A stretch of 64,000 nt of DNA from Candidatus Krumholzibacteriota bacterium (lineage in GTDB: Bacteria; Krumholzibacteriota; Krumholzibacteriia; LZORAL124-64-63): assembly GCA_039714075.1 (NCBI GenBank), contig JBDLKA010000001.1, positions 1 through 64,000 on the forward strand, read 5' to 3'. A program made the position numbers and the translations under genes. Shown piece after piece: positions 19,323-29,068 of the stretch (the stretch's first letter is position 1; every line of letters begins with the position of its first letter). The notes under the pieces were generated by a model. It was not told the DNA's origin, searched no databases, and worked only from the letters and a program-made list of their open reading frames with translations.

Positions 19323-20855
19323 GTGGATGGAATCAGGAACGCGACGGACAACTTCATGGCTCGCTTCGGAGGACTTTCCTTCAACCAGAAGGTTCTCGCC
19401 GGGGCGATCGCCACGGCCAGCGTGATCAGCATTGCTGTGTTCTCATTGTGGCTTCAAAATGAGGAAACAGCCGTTTTGTTCACGAATTTGAGCCCTGAGG
19501 ACGCATCTGTGGCCCTGGAGGAACTGGCCAAGCAGGATGTCGGCGCCGAGTTGACCAACGGGGGAACCACCATCCTGGTGCCCCGCAAATCCGTTCATCG
19601 CCTGCGTGTGGACCTGGCCGGCAAAGGCGTGCCTTCATCCGGAACCGTGGGTTTCGAGGTCTTCGACGGCAAACAGTACGGCCTCACCGAATTTCTCCAG
19701 AACGTCAATTTCAAGCGCGCCCTGGAGGGCGAACTGACCAAATCCATTGAGTCACTGCAAGGAATCCAGTCAGCCAGGGTCCATCTGGTTCTGCCCAAAC
19801 CGTCCATTTTCAAGACACTGGAGGCTCCGGCAACGGCCAGCGTCGTTCTGCAGATGGGACGCGGCGCGCGGCTGGAAAACGGCCGCATTTCGGGTATCCA
19901 GAGCCTGGTGGCCGGCAGCGTGGAAAACCTGGCTGTCGGCCAGGTCACGATCATCGATCAGTACGGCAAGGTCCTTTCCCGGGGAATCAATGATGGGGAC
20001 ACCGGACGAAGCGAAAACCAATTGGCCCTGCGCAAGGAAGTTGAGGGGCATCTGTCGCGCAAAGCGGGCGTCATGCTGGATCGCGTTCTGGGTCCTGGCC
20101 GCTCGGTTGTCCAGGTGGACGCCACCCTGAATTTCGAAAAGATCGATCGGGAGAGGGAAATTTTCGATCCCCAGAACACCGTCGTGCGCAGCGAGGTGCG
20201 GAACGAAACCACGGACCCCGAAACAGGCGGTTTGGATGAATACAGCACCACGAACTACGAGATCAACCGGACCGTCGAACACATCGTTGGCGAAATCGGC
20301 GGAGTCAAACGCCTCTCCGTGGCCGTGTTCGTTGACGGACACTACGCGGAACTCCAGGACGGGGGAGCGCCTCTTTATCAACCGCTCACCGAAGACGAGT
20401 TGGCCCAGCTGCGCCGCATCGTCCAGACGGCCGTGGGCCTGAACAACGTCAGGGGCGACCAGATCGAGATCGTCAACATGCAGTTCCGCCAACCGGAAAT
20501 CACAGCTCCGACGCCCCTCCAGGAAGACTGGATGGGCATGGTTACCCGCTACGGCGGCAAAGCTTTCCTGTTTTTTCTTTTCGGAGTGATCCTGCTCAGC
20601 CTGCGAAAAGGGTTTAGCGGTTTGATGTCCCTGGAAATGTCCGCCCCGCGGACCCGGATTGCCCAGGCGGCTGCAAAGCGGGAGACCGATCCTTTCGAGG
20701 GCATTCCCGACATGGACGACCAGGTCATCAACGACATCAAGGATTTCGCTGCGGACAATCCCGAACGGGTGGCCGATGTGGTTCAGTCCTGGATCCATGA
20801 AATGAACCTGGGCAACGCGCCCGGGGAACCGGTGGGGGACTCAAGTGAACGATAA
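19323..20855 (+). CDS. fliF: MS-ring protein FliF
   Basis: Two TMs. GFEVFD, RALEGEL, SARVHLVLP, NYEIN, RLSVAV and RGDQIEI motifs. Confidence 0.95.
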   Translation: MDGIRNATDNFMARFGGLSFNQKVLAGAIATASVISIAVFSLWLQNEETAVLFTNLSPEDASVALEELAKQDVGAELTNGGTTILVPRKSVHRLRVDLAGKGVPSSGTVGFEVFDGKQYGLTEFLQNVNFKRALEGELTKSIESLQGIQSARVHLVLPKPSIFKTLEAPATASVVLQMGRGARLENGRISGIQSLVAGSVENLAVGQVTIIDQYGKVLSRGINDGDTGRSENQLALRKEVEGHLSRKAGVMLDRVLGPGRSVVQVDATLNFEKIDREREIFDPQNTVVRSEVRNETTDPETGGLDEYSTTNYEINRTVEHIVGEIGGVKRLSVAVFVDGHYAELQDGGAPLYQPLTEDELAQLRRIVQTAVGLNNVRGDQIEIVNMQFRQPEITAPTPLQEDWMGMVTRYGGKAFLFFLFGVILLSLRKGFSGLMSLEMSAPRTRIAQAAAKRETDPFEGIPDMDDQVINDIKDFAADNPERVADVVQSWIHEMNLGNAPGEPVGDSSER

Positions 20856-21846
20856 CGCCGTACGGAAAGCAGCTGTATTCCTGATGACCCTGGGGCCGGA
20901 CGTGGCCGGCAAGGTCCTTTCCCAGCTGCCCGAGAACATGGTGGAGGAATTGACCCACTCCATCGCCGGCATGGGCCCGGTGGGTTCCAATGAAAAAAAG
21001 CAGTCCCTCAACGATTTCATTTCCAGCAGCGGCCAGAATTCCGGTATAGCCACCGGCGGCCAGGAGATGGCCAAGCAGATTCTGGAAGCGGGGTTCGGCG
21101 CCCGGCGGGCGACCTCGATGCTTAGCCGGGTCACCAGTTACAGTGAAATACAAAGTTTCGAACACCTGAAGGATGTCGATCCGCTGACCATTGCGAACTA
21201 TCTGCGCCATGAACATCCGCAGACCGTGGCGGTGGTTCTGGCCCACATGGATCCCAGGGCCAGCGGACCGATCCTTTCCCAGATGCCGGCTGACATGCAG
21301 GGCAATATCGCCCATCGCATGGCCATTCTGGAGGCGCCCAACGCCGAGACGCTCAAGGCGGTGGAAATCGTGTTGGCTGGTCAGCTCCAGGGAGAGCTGA
21401 CCGCCCGGGAAGCCAAATATGGCGGCCGCAAACAGGTGGCCGATATCCTCAACGAGGTGGACCGGGACGTCTGGCAGGAGATCCTGGACGAGATGCGGGA
21501 AATCGATGATGAAGTGGCCAACGAGGTCAACAACCTCATGTTCGTCTTTGAAGACGTGGTCCTGTTGAACGACGGCCACATTCAGGAAATCCTCAAGGAA
21601 ATCGACGGCAAGGAACTGACTCTGGCCCTCAAGGGGGCCACCAACGAGATACGCGACAAGGTGTTCGGAAACATGTCCAAACGTGCGGCCCAGGGGATCA
21701 TGGAGGACATGGACTACATGGGGCCCGTACGCTTGGCCGAAGTCGAGGAAGCCCAGAAACGTATCGTCGAAGTGATTCGGATCCTGGAGGCGAACGGCAC
21801 CATCACTATCGGAAAGGGCAGCAAGGATGCGGAAATGGTGCCCTAA
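20845..21846 (+). CDS. fliG: Motor switch protein FliG
   Basis: KAAVFL, EHPQTVA, MFVFEDV, NMSKRAA and GPVRLAEVEEAQ motifs. Confidence 0.95.
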   Translation: MNDNAVRKAAVFLMTLGPDVAGKVLSQLPENMVEELTHSIAGMGPVGSNEKKQSLNDFISSSGQNSGIATGGQEMAKQILEAGFGARRATSMLSRVTSYSEIQSFEHLKDVDPLTIANYLRHEHPQTVAVVLAHMDPRASGPILSQMPADMQGNIAHRMAILEAPNAETLKAVEIVLAGQLQGELTAREAKYGGRKQVADILNEVDRDVWQEILDEMREIDDEVANEVNNLMFVFEDVVLLNDGHIQEILKEIDGKELTLALKGATNEIRDKVFGNMSKRAAQGIMEDMDYMGPVRLAEVEEAQKRIVEVIRILEANGTITIGKGSKDAEMVP

Positions 21847-22600
21847 ACCTCTGGCCGTTGATTCGGTAACCGGCAGGACCGTTGCCGAAGACGGTTCCGC
21901 ACCGGGAGAGGGTTTTGTTCCCTGGTCTGCGACCCGGGACCCCGGTTTCGAGAAAGCCCCCGTCTTCGCAAATGACCCGCATCTTACCGGCGGAACTTCA
22001 CTTTGGGACCTGATGAGCGGCAAAGAAAAAGAAGCACTTCTGGCCGAAGCGCGTCATGGTCTCCAGGAGGAGTACCAGACCAGGGAAGCGGAACTTTGTG
22101 AAAGTCACCGTGAGGAATTGGCTGCGGTCCGGGAAAAGCTCGAGGGCCGCCTGGATCATTGGAGCAGGGAGTTCGAGGCGGATCTGGCCCGGGAACGCCA
22201 TGTCCTGGCGGTGGATGCTGCGGGGTTGGCTGTTGCGTTGGCGCGGAAGATCATTCGAGACACGGTGGCCGTTGACCGGGAGGTCGTGGTCCGTACCCTG
22301 GAAACAGCTCTTTACAAAGCGCAGGACTCCCACCCCCTGACGGCGATCCTGAACCCCGCAGACGCAGAATACCTGGAAAATAAACCCGATTTGTTGGCAC
22401 GGCTGCGTATTGCAAAAGTGGTCTCCGACCGTCGGGTGGAAATGGGAGGCTGCCGTGTCCGGGCCGGATCCAGGGAATGGGACGCAACCCTCACGCGGCA
22501 GGTGGACACCCTGGCCGCCATCGTGGAAGAAACATTGGCTGCCGGCGAAACCGATCTTGTGAACCTGCCTGGAGAGACCGATGATTCCGGCCTGGACTAG
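21827..22600 (+). CDS. fliH: Flagellar assembly protein FliH
   Basis: Between fliG and fliI. ALARKII, LNPAD and GGCRV...DAT motifs. Confidence 0.85.
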   Translation: MRKWCPKPLAVDSVTGRTVAEDGSAPGEGFVPWSATRDPGFEKAPVFANDPHLTGGTSLWDLMSGKEKEALLAEARHGLQEEYQTREAELCESHREELAAVREKLEGRLDHWSREFEADLARERHVLAVDAAGLAVALARKIIRDTVAVDREVVVRTLETALYKAQDSHPLTAILNPADAEYLENKPDLLARLRIAKVVSDRRVEMGGCRVRAGSREWDATLTRQVDTLAAIVEETLAAGETDLVNLPGETDDSGLD

Positions 22601-23900
22601 ACTCGACGGAGCGATCCGAACCGCCGGCACCATCCAGCCGGTTGGCCGTGTCTCCAATCTGGTGGGCATGGTCATCGAAGTCGAGGGCTTGACGGCTCCG
22701 ATCGGTTCCTTGTGCCGGATTCATGTGGGGCGTCACGAACCCGATGTCCTCAGTGAAGTCATTGGTTTCCGGGACGACACCCTTTTGGTCATGCCCTACC
22801 AGCTGACCAGGGGAGTGGCCACCGGGTGCCGGGTCGACCTCCTCTCCCGCAAGATGACCGTTCCGACCGGACCCCGTTTGCTCGGGCGCGTTGTCGACGG
22901 CCTGGGTCGTCCCATCGACGGGGGTCCTTCCCTGGCCGGCCTTCCGCAGCGCAACCTCGGCGGCAAACCGCCTTGTCCCCTGAGACGGAAGCGGACCGGG
23001 GAAATCCTGGGCACGGGGATCCGCTCCATCGACAGCCTGGTCACCACCGCCCGCGGCCAAAGGATGGGGATTTTCTCAGGCAGTGGTATTGGTAAATCCG
23101 TACTGATGGGAATGCTGGCCCGGAACGCCCAGTCCGAAGTCAACGTCCTGGCCCTGATCGGTGAGCGCGGGAGGGAAGTAAAGGAATTCCTGGAAAGGGA
23201 CCTGGGGCCGGAAGGCCTGGCCCGCAGCGTCGTGGTCGTTGTCACCTCCGATGAAAGCGCTGTGTTGCGGGCCAAAGGCGCCGACACGGCCATGACCATC
23301 GCCGAATCGTTCCGGGAAAACGACCAGTCCGTCCTGTTCATGATGGATTCCGCCACTCGTTACGCCATGGCCCTGCGTGAAATAGGCCTGGCGGCCGGTG
23401 AGCCTCCGACCACCAAAGGCTACCCGCCCTCGGTCTTCGCCGCCCTGCCCCGCCTGTGCGAGCGTGCCGGCTGGTCGGACGTCAATTCCATGACGGCATT
23501 CTTCTCCGTTCTCATTGAAGGTGATGATATCCAGGATCCGTTGGGTGACGCGATGCGTTCCATTTTGGATGGGCACATCATGCTCAGCCGTGATTTGGCC
23601 CGACGTCACCACTATCCGGCCGTCGATGTCCTGGGCAGCGTCAGCCGCTTGCGAAACGACGTGGTCCCCCAGGAAGACATCCAGGCTGGAGCCAGGATGA
23701 TGAACTGGCTCAAGATCCTGGAAGACAACAGGGATCTGATCAACATCGGTGCTTACGTCCCGGGTTCAGACCCGGTCCTGGACCAGGCCCTTGAACGCGA
23801 AGAGGAAATCAGGTCCTTCCTGACTCAGGAAGTTCATGAAGGCTTTGCCACGGAGGAATGCCTGGCGAGCCTGCGTCGGTTGACGGAGGTCGAAAGATGA
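22581..23900 (+). CDS. fliI: Export ATPase FliI
   Basis: Walker A GSGIGKS, GERGREV, MMDSATRYA, GEPPTTKGYPPSVF, ILDGHIMLSR. Confidence 0.97.
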   Translation: MIPAWTRLDGAIRTAGTIQPVGRVSNLVGMVIEVEGLTAPIGSLCRIHVGRHEPDVLSEVIGFRDDTLLVMPYQLTRGVATGCRVDLLSRKMTVPTGPRLLGRVVDGLGRPIDGGPSLAGLPQRNLGGKPPCPLRRKRTGEILGTGIRSIDSLVTTARGQRMGIFSGSGIGKSVLMGMLARNAQSEVNVLALIGERGREVKEFLERDLGPEGLARSVVVVVTSDESAVLRAKGADTAMTIAESFRENDQSVLFMMDSATRYAMALREIGLAAGEPPTTKGYPPSVFAALPRLCERAGWSDVNSMTAFFSVLIEGDDIQDPLGDAMRSILDGHIMLSRDLARRHHYPAVDVLGSVSRLRNDVVPQEDIQAGARMMNWLKILEDNRDLINIGAYVPGSDPVLDQALEREEEIRSFLTQEVHEGFATEECLASLRRLTEVER

Positions 23901-24385
23901 GTCAATTCAACTTCAGATTGGAAAAGGTTTGGCGCCACCGGCAGCGCCTGGTCGACAAGAATTCCCTGGAAGTCGCGCAGGCCGACCGCCGGGTGGCACG
24001 GCTGGCCCGGCATATTGTGGAATTGGACGGGAATATTTCCCGGCATCACCACACCCTGGAGCCATGTATAGGACAGCAGTTGCAGACCAGTGAGCTCATA
24101 ACCGGGGCGGCCTGGCTGGATCACCTCCAAACCCTGAGAAGCGATCTGGAAGGCCAACTTGAAACGGCCACGCGGGATCTGGCCCGCTTTCGGGCAAGGT
24201 TGACGGAATCCTGGCGCGATCTGGAAATCCTGTCGCGCCTGAAAGACCGTCAGGAAGCGACCTGGCAAACGGTGCAGGATAGAAAGGAACGGCGGGAAAC
24301 GGACGAAATCGGCCGGTCCCGCCGAAGACGGCCTGGACAGGTCCAGGTTTCCGGTAGATGCAAAGTTCTGCCGGATGATAACTGA
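23897..24385 (+). CDS. fliJ: Export protein FliJ
   Basis: MSQFNFRLEKV...coiled coil...ERRETDE. Overlaps the fliI stop. Confidence 0.85.
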   Translation: MSQFNFRLEKVWRHRQRLVDKNSLEVAQADRRVARLARHIVELDGNISRHHHTLEPCIGQQLQTSELITGAAWLDHLQTLRSDLEGQLETATRDLARFRARLTESWRDLEILSRLKDRQEATWQTVQDRKERRETDEIGRSRRRRPGQVQVSGRCKVLPDDN

Positions 24386-24418
24386 ATACTTGAGAAAGGC
24401 TCCGGATGCTCCGGTTAC

Positions 24419-24434
24419 CGGCAGCGGCGTTGCC
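24419..24434 (+). promoter_or_regulatory. sigma54 promoter candidate (internal)
   Basis: CGGCAGCGGCGTTGCC (GG-N10-GC) in the intergenic gap. Confidence 0.4.
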
Positions 24435-24493
24435 AGCAGTCCGGATGCGTACTTGAATCGGAACCCCGCAGGTTCCAGGAATAGGTTGATGGC

Positions 24494-25015
24494 ATGAAAA
24501 GCGTCCTGATCATTTCGGCGGTGACATTCTTCCTCATTTTCGGTGGATTGGCCGTGCTCAGCAACCAGATCGGTGGGAAGTCCGCAACCTATCAGAGGGC
24601 GGAAATTTCCCCCACGGTCCAGGATACGGATTTGATCATGAAGGGCCTGAATGCCGAACGCGCCCTGCTGCGGTGGGAAAAAGAAAAACTGGTGACCATG
24701 CGCCAAACGGTGGCGATCCAGGAACAGGTTCTGGTGGAAGGCCGGCGAGAATTGGCGGCGATAGTGCAGGAAATCGAGTCCAAACAGCGGGTCCTGGGCG
24801 AGGGCAGGGAACGGTCCGCCGTGCGGCTGGCGAAAATGTACGAAAACATGAAACCGGCGCAGGCAGCTCCCATTCTGAGTGCTTTGGAGATGGGAATCGT
24901 ATTGGACATCATGGGCCGCATGAAGGAACGGGACGCGGCCCGGATCCTGGCCCGGATGGATGCCGGACTGGCCGCCCGGATCAGTACCCAATTGAGCTCG
25001 GGGGGTGCCGGGTGA
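24494..25015 (+). CDS. MotE/FlbB/YlxF-like protein (MgtE_N domain)
   Basis: N-terminal TM, coiled coil, LAKMYENMKPAQAAPIL...MKERDAARILARMD. Confidence 0.85.
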   Translation: MKSVLIISAVTFFLIFGGLAVLSNQIGGKSATYQRAEISPTVQDTDLIMKGLNAERALLRWEKEKLVTMRQTVAIQEQVLVEGRRELAAIVQEIESKQRVLGEGRERSAVRLAKMYENMKPAQAAPILSALEMGIVLDIMGRMKERDAARILARMDAGLAARISTQLSSGGAG

Positions 25016-25070
25016 TGAATCTTGATTGGCAGTCCCCGGGACAGGCCGCCGCAGCAAGGAGCTAAAGTTC

Positions 25071-25295
25071 ATGATCAAAGTTACGAAACTTAATGGGAAC
25101 GAACTGGTGGTGAACGCTGACCTTATCGAGTTCATCGAAAGCACGCCCGACACTTTGATCAGCTTGACCACCGGGCGCAAGATCATGGTCCTCGAGGACA
25201 TGGACGACGTGATCCGCCTGGCGGTCCGTTATCGGGCCAAGGCAAGGATTTACCCGGTTCCGGCGGGAGGGACCGGCTCCGTTTTCGAGGGCTGA
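25071..25295 (+). CDS. flbD: FlbD family flagellar protein
   Basis: MIKVTKLNG.ELVVNADLIEFIESTPDTLISLTTGRK. AAGGAG RBS. Confidence 0.9.
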   Translation: MIKVTKLNGNELVVNADLIEFIESTPDTLISLTTGRKIMVLEDMDDVIRLAVRYRAKARIYPVPAGGTGSVFEG

Positions 25296-25356
25296 GGCAT
25301 TTTCCGTTGAACTGGCAGCCAATCGGTTGCGCTTAGTGTAGTCTGGGAGACAGGAA

Positions 25357-26139
25357 GTGGACATTGCAACGATCATTGGTCTGGCCGCCGCCTTCGGGTT
25401 GGTGGGATGGTCCATTCTGGCGGGGGGGAACCTCAGCGGGTTTCTGAACCTGCAGGCAGCTGCCATCGTCCTGGGCGGGACCTTCGGTTCTCTTCTGGTC
25501 CATTTCCCCCTTTCACGAATTTTCGGCCTTTTCCACATCCTCAGGAAAACCCTGGTCTTTTCCCAACTCGAACCCGACGCCGTTATTGGAAAAATGGTCA
25601 AGTACGCGGAAAGGGCCCGGCGGGAAGGAATGCTGGCCCTGGAAGAGGATTCGGAGATCGAGGAAGACGAATTCCTGCGCAAGGGTCTCAGGCTGGCCGT
25701 GGACGGCACCGACCCGCTGCTTTTGGAAAAGATCCTCCACACCGACCTGCAGCAGATAGAGAACCGCCATATGGAAGGGGCCAGGATCCTGGCAGCCGGA
25801 GGGGCCTTCGCGCCGGCCTTCGGCATGATCGGTACCCTGATAGGGTTGGTCAGTATGCTGTCCACCTTGTCGGATCCCGCAAAGATCGGTACCGGCATGG
25901 CGACCGCCCTGGTGACGACCTTCTACGGCGCCGTGTTGGCCAATGCCCTGTTTCTGCCATTGGCGGGGAAACTGGAGACCAGGTCCCGGGAGGAAATCCT
26001 GAACAAGGAAATGGTCATTGACGGCATCATGGCCATTCAAAGCGGAGACTCGCCCCGCATCGTCGAGGAAAAACTGAAATCGTTCCTGTCCCCATCACTG
26101 CGCCGCAAGATCGACGACGCCCGGGAACAGGCCGCCTGA
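25357..26139 (+). CDS. motA: Stator A subunit (MotA/PomA/MotP)
   Basis: MDIATIIG, ARREGMLALE, APAFGMIGTLIGL, ALVTTFYG motifs. Confidence 0.95.
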   Translation: MDIATIIGLAAAFGLVGWSILAGGNLSGFLNLQAAAIVLGGTFGSLLVHFPLSRIFGLFHILRKTLVFSQLEPDAVIGKMVKYAERARREGMLALEEDSEIEEDEFLRKGLRLAVDGTDPLLLEKILHTDLQQIENRHMEGARILAAGGAFAPAFGMIGTLIGLVSMLSTLSDPAKIGTGMATALVTTFYGAVLANALFLPLAGKLETRSREEILNKEMVIDGIMAIQSGDSPRIVEEKLKSFLSPSLRRKIDDAREQAA

Positions 26140-26191
26140 CGGGACCCGTTGAAGGTCATACAAGTGCCGCGCTCGGGAGGGCGGTGTTGCC

Positions 26192-26953
26192 ATGAGAAAA
26201 CGGAGAAAGGAACTGGTAATCCACCGCAAGGTCGACGGTTGGATCATGACCTACGCGGACATGATGAGCCTGCTGCTGACTTTTTTCGTGCTGATCGTTT
26301 CCTTTTCCTCGCTGAAGCATTCCAAGTTCAAACAGGCGGCGCAGTCGTTGCAGGAGGCATTTGGCCTTCTCGAAACCCCCGATTCGGTCATCGAATTCCG
26401 TAACCCCGTTTATCCGGACCGGATCCGGGATTTCGATGACGCCGATGTCTATTACGAGATGCAGGAGCTTGAGCAGGTCATCCTGGAAACCGGACTCGAC
26501 CGCGAAGTTGACATCCAACTCCAGGACAACGGCGTCATGTTCAGGATTCAGGCTCCCTTCCTGTTCGGTTCCGGGGTGGCAGAACTGCGGGATGAACCCC
26601 GGAATGTCCTGAAGGAACTGTCCGTCATGTTCCGGAAATTCCCCTACCTGGTCCGGATCGAAGGCCACACCGACAGCCAGCCCATCAATTCCGAACGTTT
26701 TCCGTCCAACTGGGAGCTCTCGTCCGCCCGTGCGGTGACCGTGGCACGATACTTTCAAGGTCTGGGACTGCCGCCCGCAAGGATAGCGGCCACAGGATTC
26801 GGGGAATACCAACCCATCGGCGACAACGCCACGGCCGCAGGGCGGGAAATGAACAGAAGAGTGGAGATTTTCCTGCAATTGGACAAAAGAGACCTGCCCC
26901 GGGGCGAGGCTTTGCCTTTCGCGGACCCGGTTTTCAAGCGGGCAGGGACCTGA
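26192..26953 (+). CDS. motB: Stator B subunit (MotB/PomB) with OmpA-like peptidoglycan-binding domain
   Basis: WIMTYADMMSLLLTFFVLIVSFS, IEGHTD, NWELSSARA, NRRVEI motifs. Confidence 0.95.
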   Translation: MRKRRKELVIHRKVDGWIMTYADMMSLLLTFFVLIVSFSSLKHSKFKQAAQSLQEAFGLLETPDSVIEFRNPVYPDRIRDFDDADVYYEMQELEQVILETGLDREVDIQLQDNGVMFRIQAPFLFGSGVAELRDEPRNVLKELSVMFRKFPYLVRIEGHTDSQPINSERFPSNWELSSARAVTVARYFQGLGLPPARIAATGFGEYQPIGDNATAAGREMNRRVEIFLQLDKRDLPRGEALPFADPVFKRAGT

Positions 26954-27063
26954 CCAAGGGCTGGGAAAACGGATGAAAATGCGCCGGTGCGGTCGAAAAT
27001 CGAGCCGTGACCGGTGCCAGAGCGGATTCAAGCCGGTTTTGCAACCAGACAAGGAGTATGAGA

Positions 27064-27585
27064 ATGGCCCTCAAATCAACCAAGACCCCGGGTGACGCCG
27101 AAGTGGTGGACAAAAAGGGACTCCTGGACAACAAGGCCGTTCTGCTGGGAGTCATCGTTATCGTCCAGGCCCTGGTGGCCATCGGACTGACGCAATACGT
27201 CCTGGTGCCCAAGCTCAATGTCCAGGAGGCCGCCGTGGTTCCAGAATCCATCGTGGATGTGGCTTCCGAAGTGCCTCAGCGTGGTGTCATGGTCGGTCTG
27301 GAGGATATCATCGTCACCCTGGCCGGCAGTTCGCGCCATCCCCGCTATCTCCGCATCAACATCAATATCGAGGTCCAGGATCAGGTCACCGCCGAAGCCG
27401 TCCGCATGCGCCTGGCGCAGATGCGGGACGCCGTCATCATGACCCTGACCGAAAAAACGGTGGAAGACCTCAGCAAACCGGGCGGCAAGATGAACCTGCG
27501 GGCGGAAATATTCCGCCGTCTGGACGAAAGCATCGCCGGCGGAAAATTGATGAATGTCTACTTCTCGGACCTGGTCATCCAGTAA
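27064..27585 (+). CDS. fliL: Basal body-associated protein FliL
   Basis: N-terminal TM, IIVTLA...RYLRI...MRDAVI...NVYFSDLVIQ. Confidence 0.9.
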   Translation: MALKSTKTPGDAEVVDKKGLLDNKAVLLGVIVIVQALVAIGLTQYVLVPKLNVQEAAVVPESIVDVASEVPQRGVMVGLEDIIVTLAGSSRHPRYLRININIEVQDQVTAEAVRMRLAQMRDAVIMTLTEKTVEDLSKPGGKMNLRAEIFRRLDESIAGGKLMNVYFSDLVIQ

Positions 27586-27603
27586 GCGGACGAAGGGGTT
27601 GTC

Positions 27604-28656
27604 GTGGCGCCAGTCGATTATGAAAACCCAACCGGCGATCCGGGGCTCGATCCGCAGACCGACCTGGGTGACGCCATCGACGCGGCCGAGGAATTGGCAG
27701 GAGCCGTGGATGACGGCCTGGGTCTGGATCTGGCCGATGTCCTGAACGCGTCTTCCCTGGAAGAAGACCCGGGGGACGGGCCGGTTAAATACGATTTCCA
27801 CAGGCCCCATCACATTTCCAGTCCCTTCCAGAAGAACCTGCAGGCGGTATCCGAGTATTTCGCCAAAAACGGGACCATCGAATTCACCAGCCGGCTGCGC
27901 ATGACCACCGATGTCGAATACATGGGATTGCGCCAATGCACCTACGGGGAATTCGTCGGTGAACTTCCCCGGCCGACCTGCGCGGCCATGGTTGATCTGC
28001 CGCCCCTGAAGGGGCCGGCCCTGCTGCACCTGGATCTGGGACTCAGTTTCGTCTTCATGAAGAAACTTCTGGGCGGACTTCCCGAAGCGGAAACCATGTT
28101 GCGGGATTTCACGGAAATCGAACGGGGTATAGCCACCGACCTGGTGGAACGTTTCGTGGAACTGTTCCGCAAATCGATGTCCAAACTCGTGGAAGTCGAT
28201 TCCCGCCTGTCGGGTCTGGAGAACAACCCGCATTACCTGAGCGGCATTTCCGAGGGTTCTTCCCTGCTGATCCTCATGTTCAAGGTCAAACTGGACAATT
28301 TCGAGGGTCCCATCCAATGGGCGATGCCCTTGTCCTCCTTCGGTCCCGTGCGCGAGATCTTCGACCCCACGGACATCAAGGAATCGCGCAACCACAACGA
28401 ATTGCGGGATGACCGCAGGAAAATCCTGGACATGGTCCAGGGCAGCGGCAGCGACCTGGTGGTCCAACTCGGGGAATTCCCCACGAACCTCGAAACAATT
28501 CTCAACCTGTCCGAGGGGGATGTCCTGGATTTGCCCCAGTGCGTGGACGCGCCCCTCAGGATCCAGATCGCCGGCAGGGATGCCTGGCTCGGAGAAGCCG
28601 GGCGGGTGGGCAACAACCGGGCAGTCCAGCTGGTCCGCCAGTTGACCAAGGAGTAG
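27604..28656 (+). CDS. fliM: Motor switch protein FliM (no LSQxEID motif)
   Basis: YDFHRP, TYGEF, LLGG, RDFTEIE and C-terminal SpoA domain (L.EGDVL.L). Confidence 0.88.
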   Translation: MAPVDYENPTGDPGLDPQTDLGDAIDAAEELAGAVDDGLGLDLADVLNASSLEEDPGDGPVKYDFHRPHHISSPFQKNLQAVSEYFAKNGTIEFTSRLRMTTDVEYMGLRQCTYGEFVGELPRPTCAAMVDLPPLKGPALLHLDLGLSFVFMKKLLGGLPEAETMLRDFTEIERGIATDLVERFVELFRKSMSKLVEVDSRLSGLENNPHYLSGISEGSSLLILMFKVKLDNFEGPIQWAMPLSSFGPVREIFDPTDIKESRNHNELRDDRRKILDMVQGSGSDLVVQLGEFPTNLETILNLSEGDVLDLPQCVDAPLRIQIAGRDAWLGEAGRVGNNRAVQLVRQLTKE

Positions 28657-28660
28657 ACGA

Positions 28661-29068
28661 ATGTCAAGCGAAGACAACAATCCGATTTTCGAGGAAAACC
28701 TGGAGCCGGGAGAGGCCGCCTCGCCCGGGGGGGACGCCACCGGTACCGCGGTGATGGATGATGACTCATCCTCCCTTATCAGCGACCTGGAAAACGACGT
28801 GGCGGACCCTTCCAACCTGGACCTGCTGTTGGACGTCAACCTGCAGGTCTCCGTGGAACTCGGACGGGCGGCCTTGAAATTCCGTGAGGTCCTGAACCTG
28901 GCCACCGGCTCGGTGGTGGAACTGGATCGCCAGACCAACGAACCGGTGGACATCCTGGTCAACGGATCACTTCTGGCCACCGGCGAAGTCGTGGTGGTCG
29001 ACGATCATTTCGCCGTACGCATCACCAAGCTTCTCAACCGGGTGGAAAGGCTGAAGAAGGTCCTGTGA
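28661..29068 (+). CDS. fliN: Motor switch protein FliN
   Basis: LDLLLDV.L.VSVELGR...GSVVELD...GEVVVVDD.FAVRIT. Confidence 0.95.
   Translation: MSSEDNNPIFEENLEPGEAASPGGDATGTAVMDDDSSSLISDLENDVADPSNLDLLLDVNLQVSVELGRAALKFREVLNLATGSVVELDRQTNEPVDILVNGSLLATGEVVVVDDHFAVRITKLLNRVERLKKVL

Noticed and set aside
24361..24388. sigma28-like CAAAGTT...ACTGAATA at the end of fliJ
   Set aside because: Both boxes deviate from consensus. Too weak.
25312..25331. TGGCA...TTGC before motA as a sigma54 promoter
   Set aside because: GG-GC spacing is 13 nt, not the required 10.
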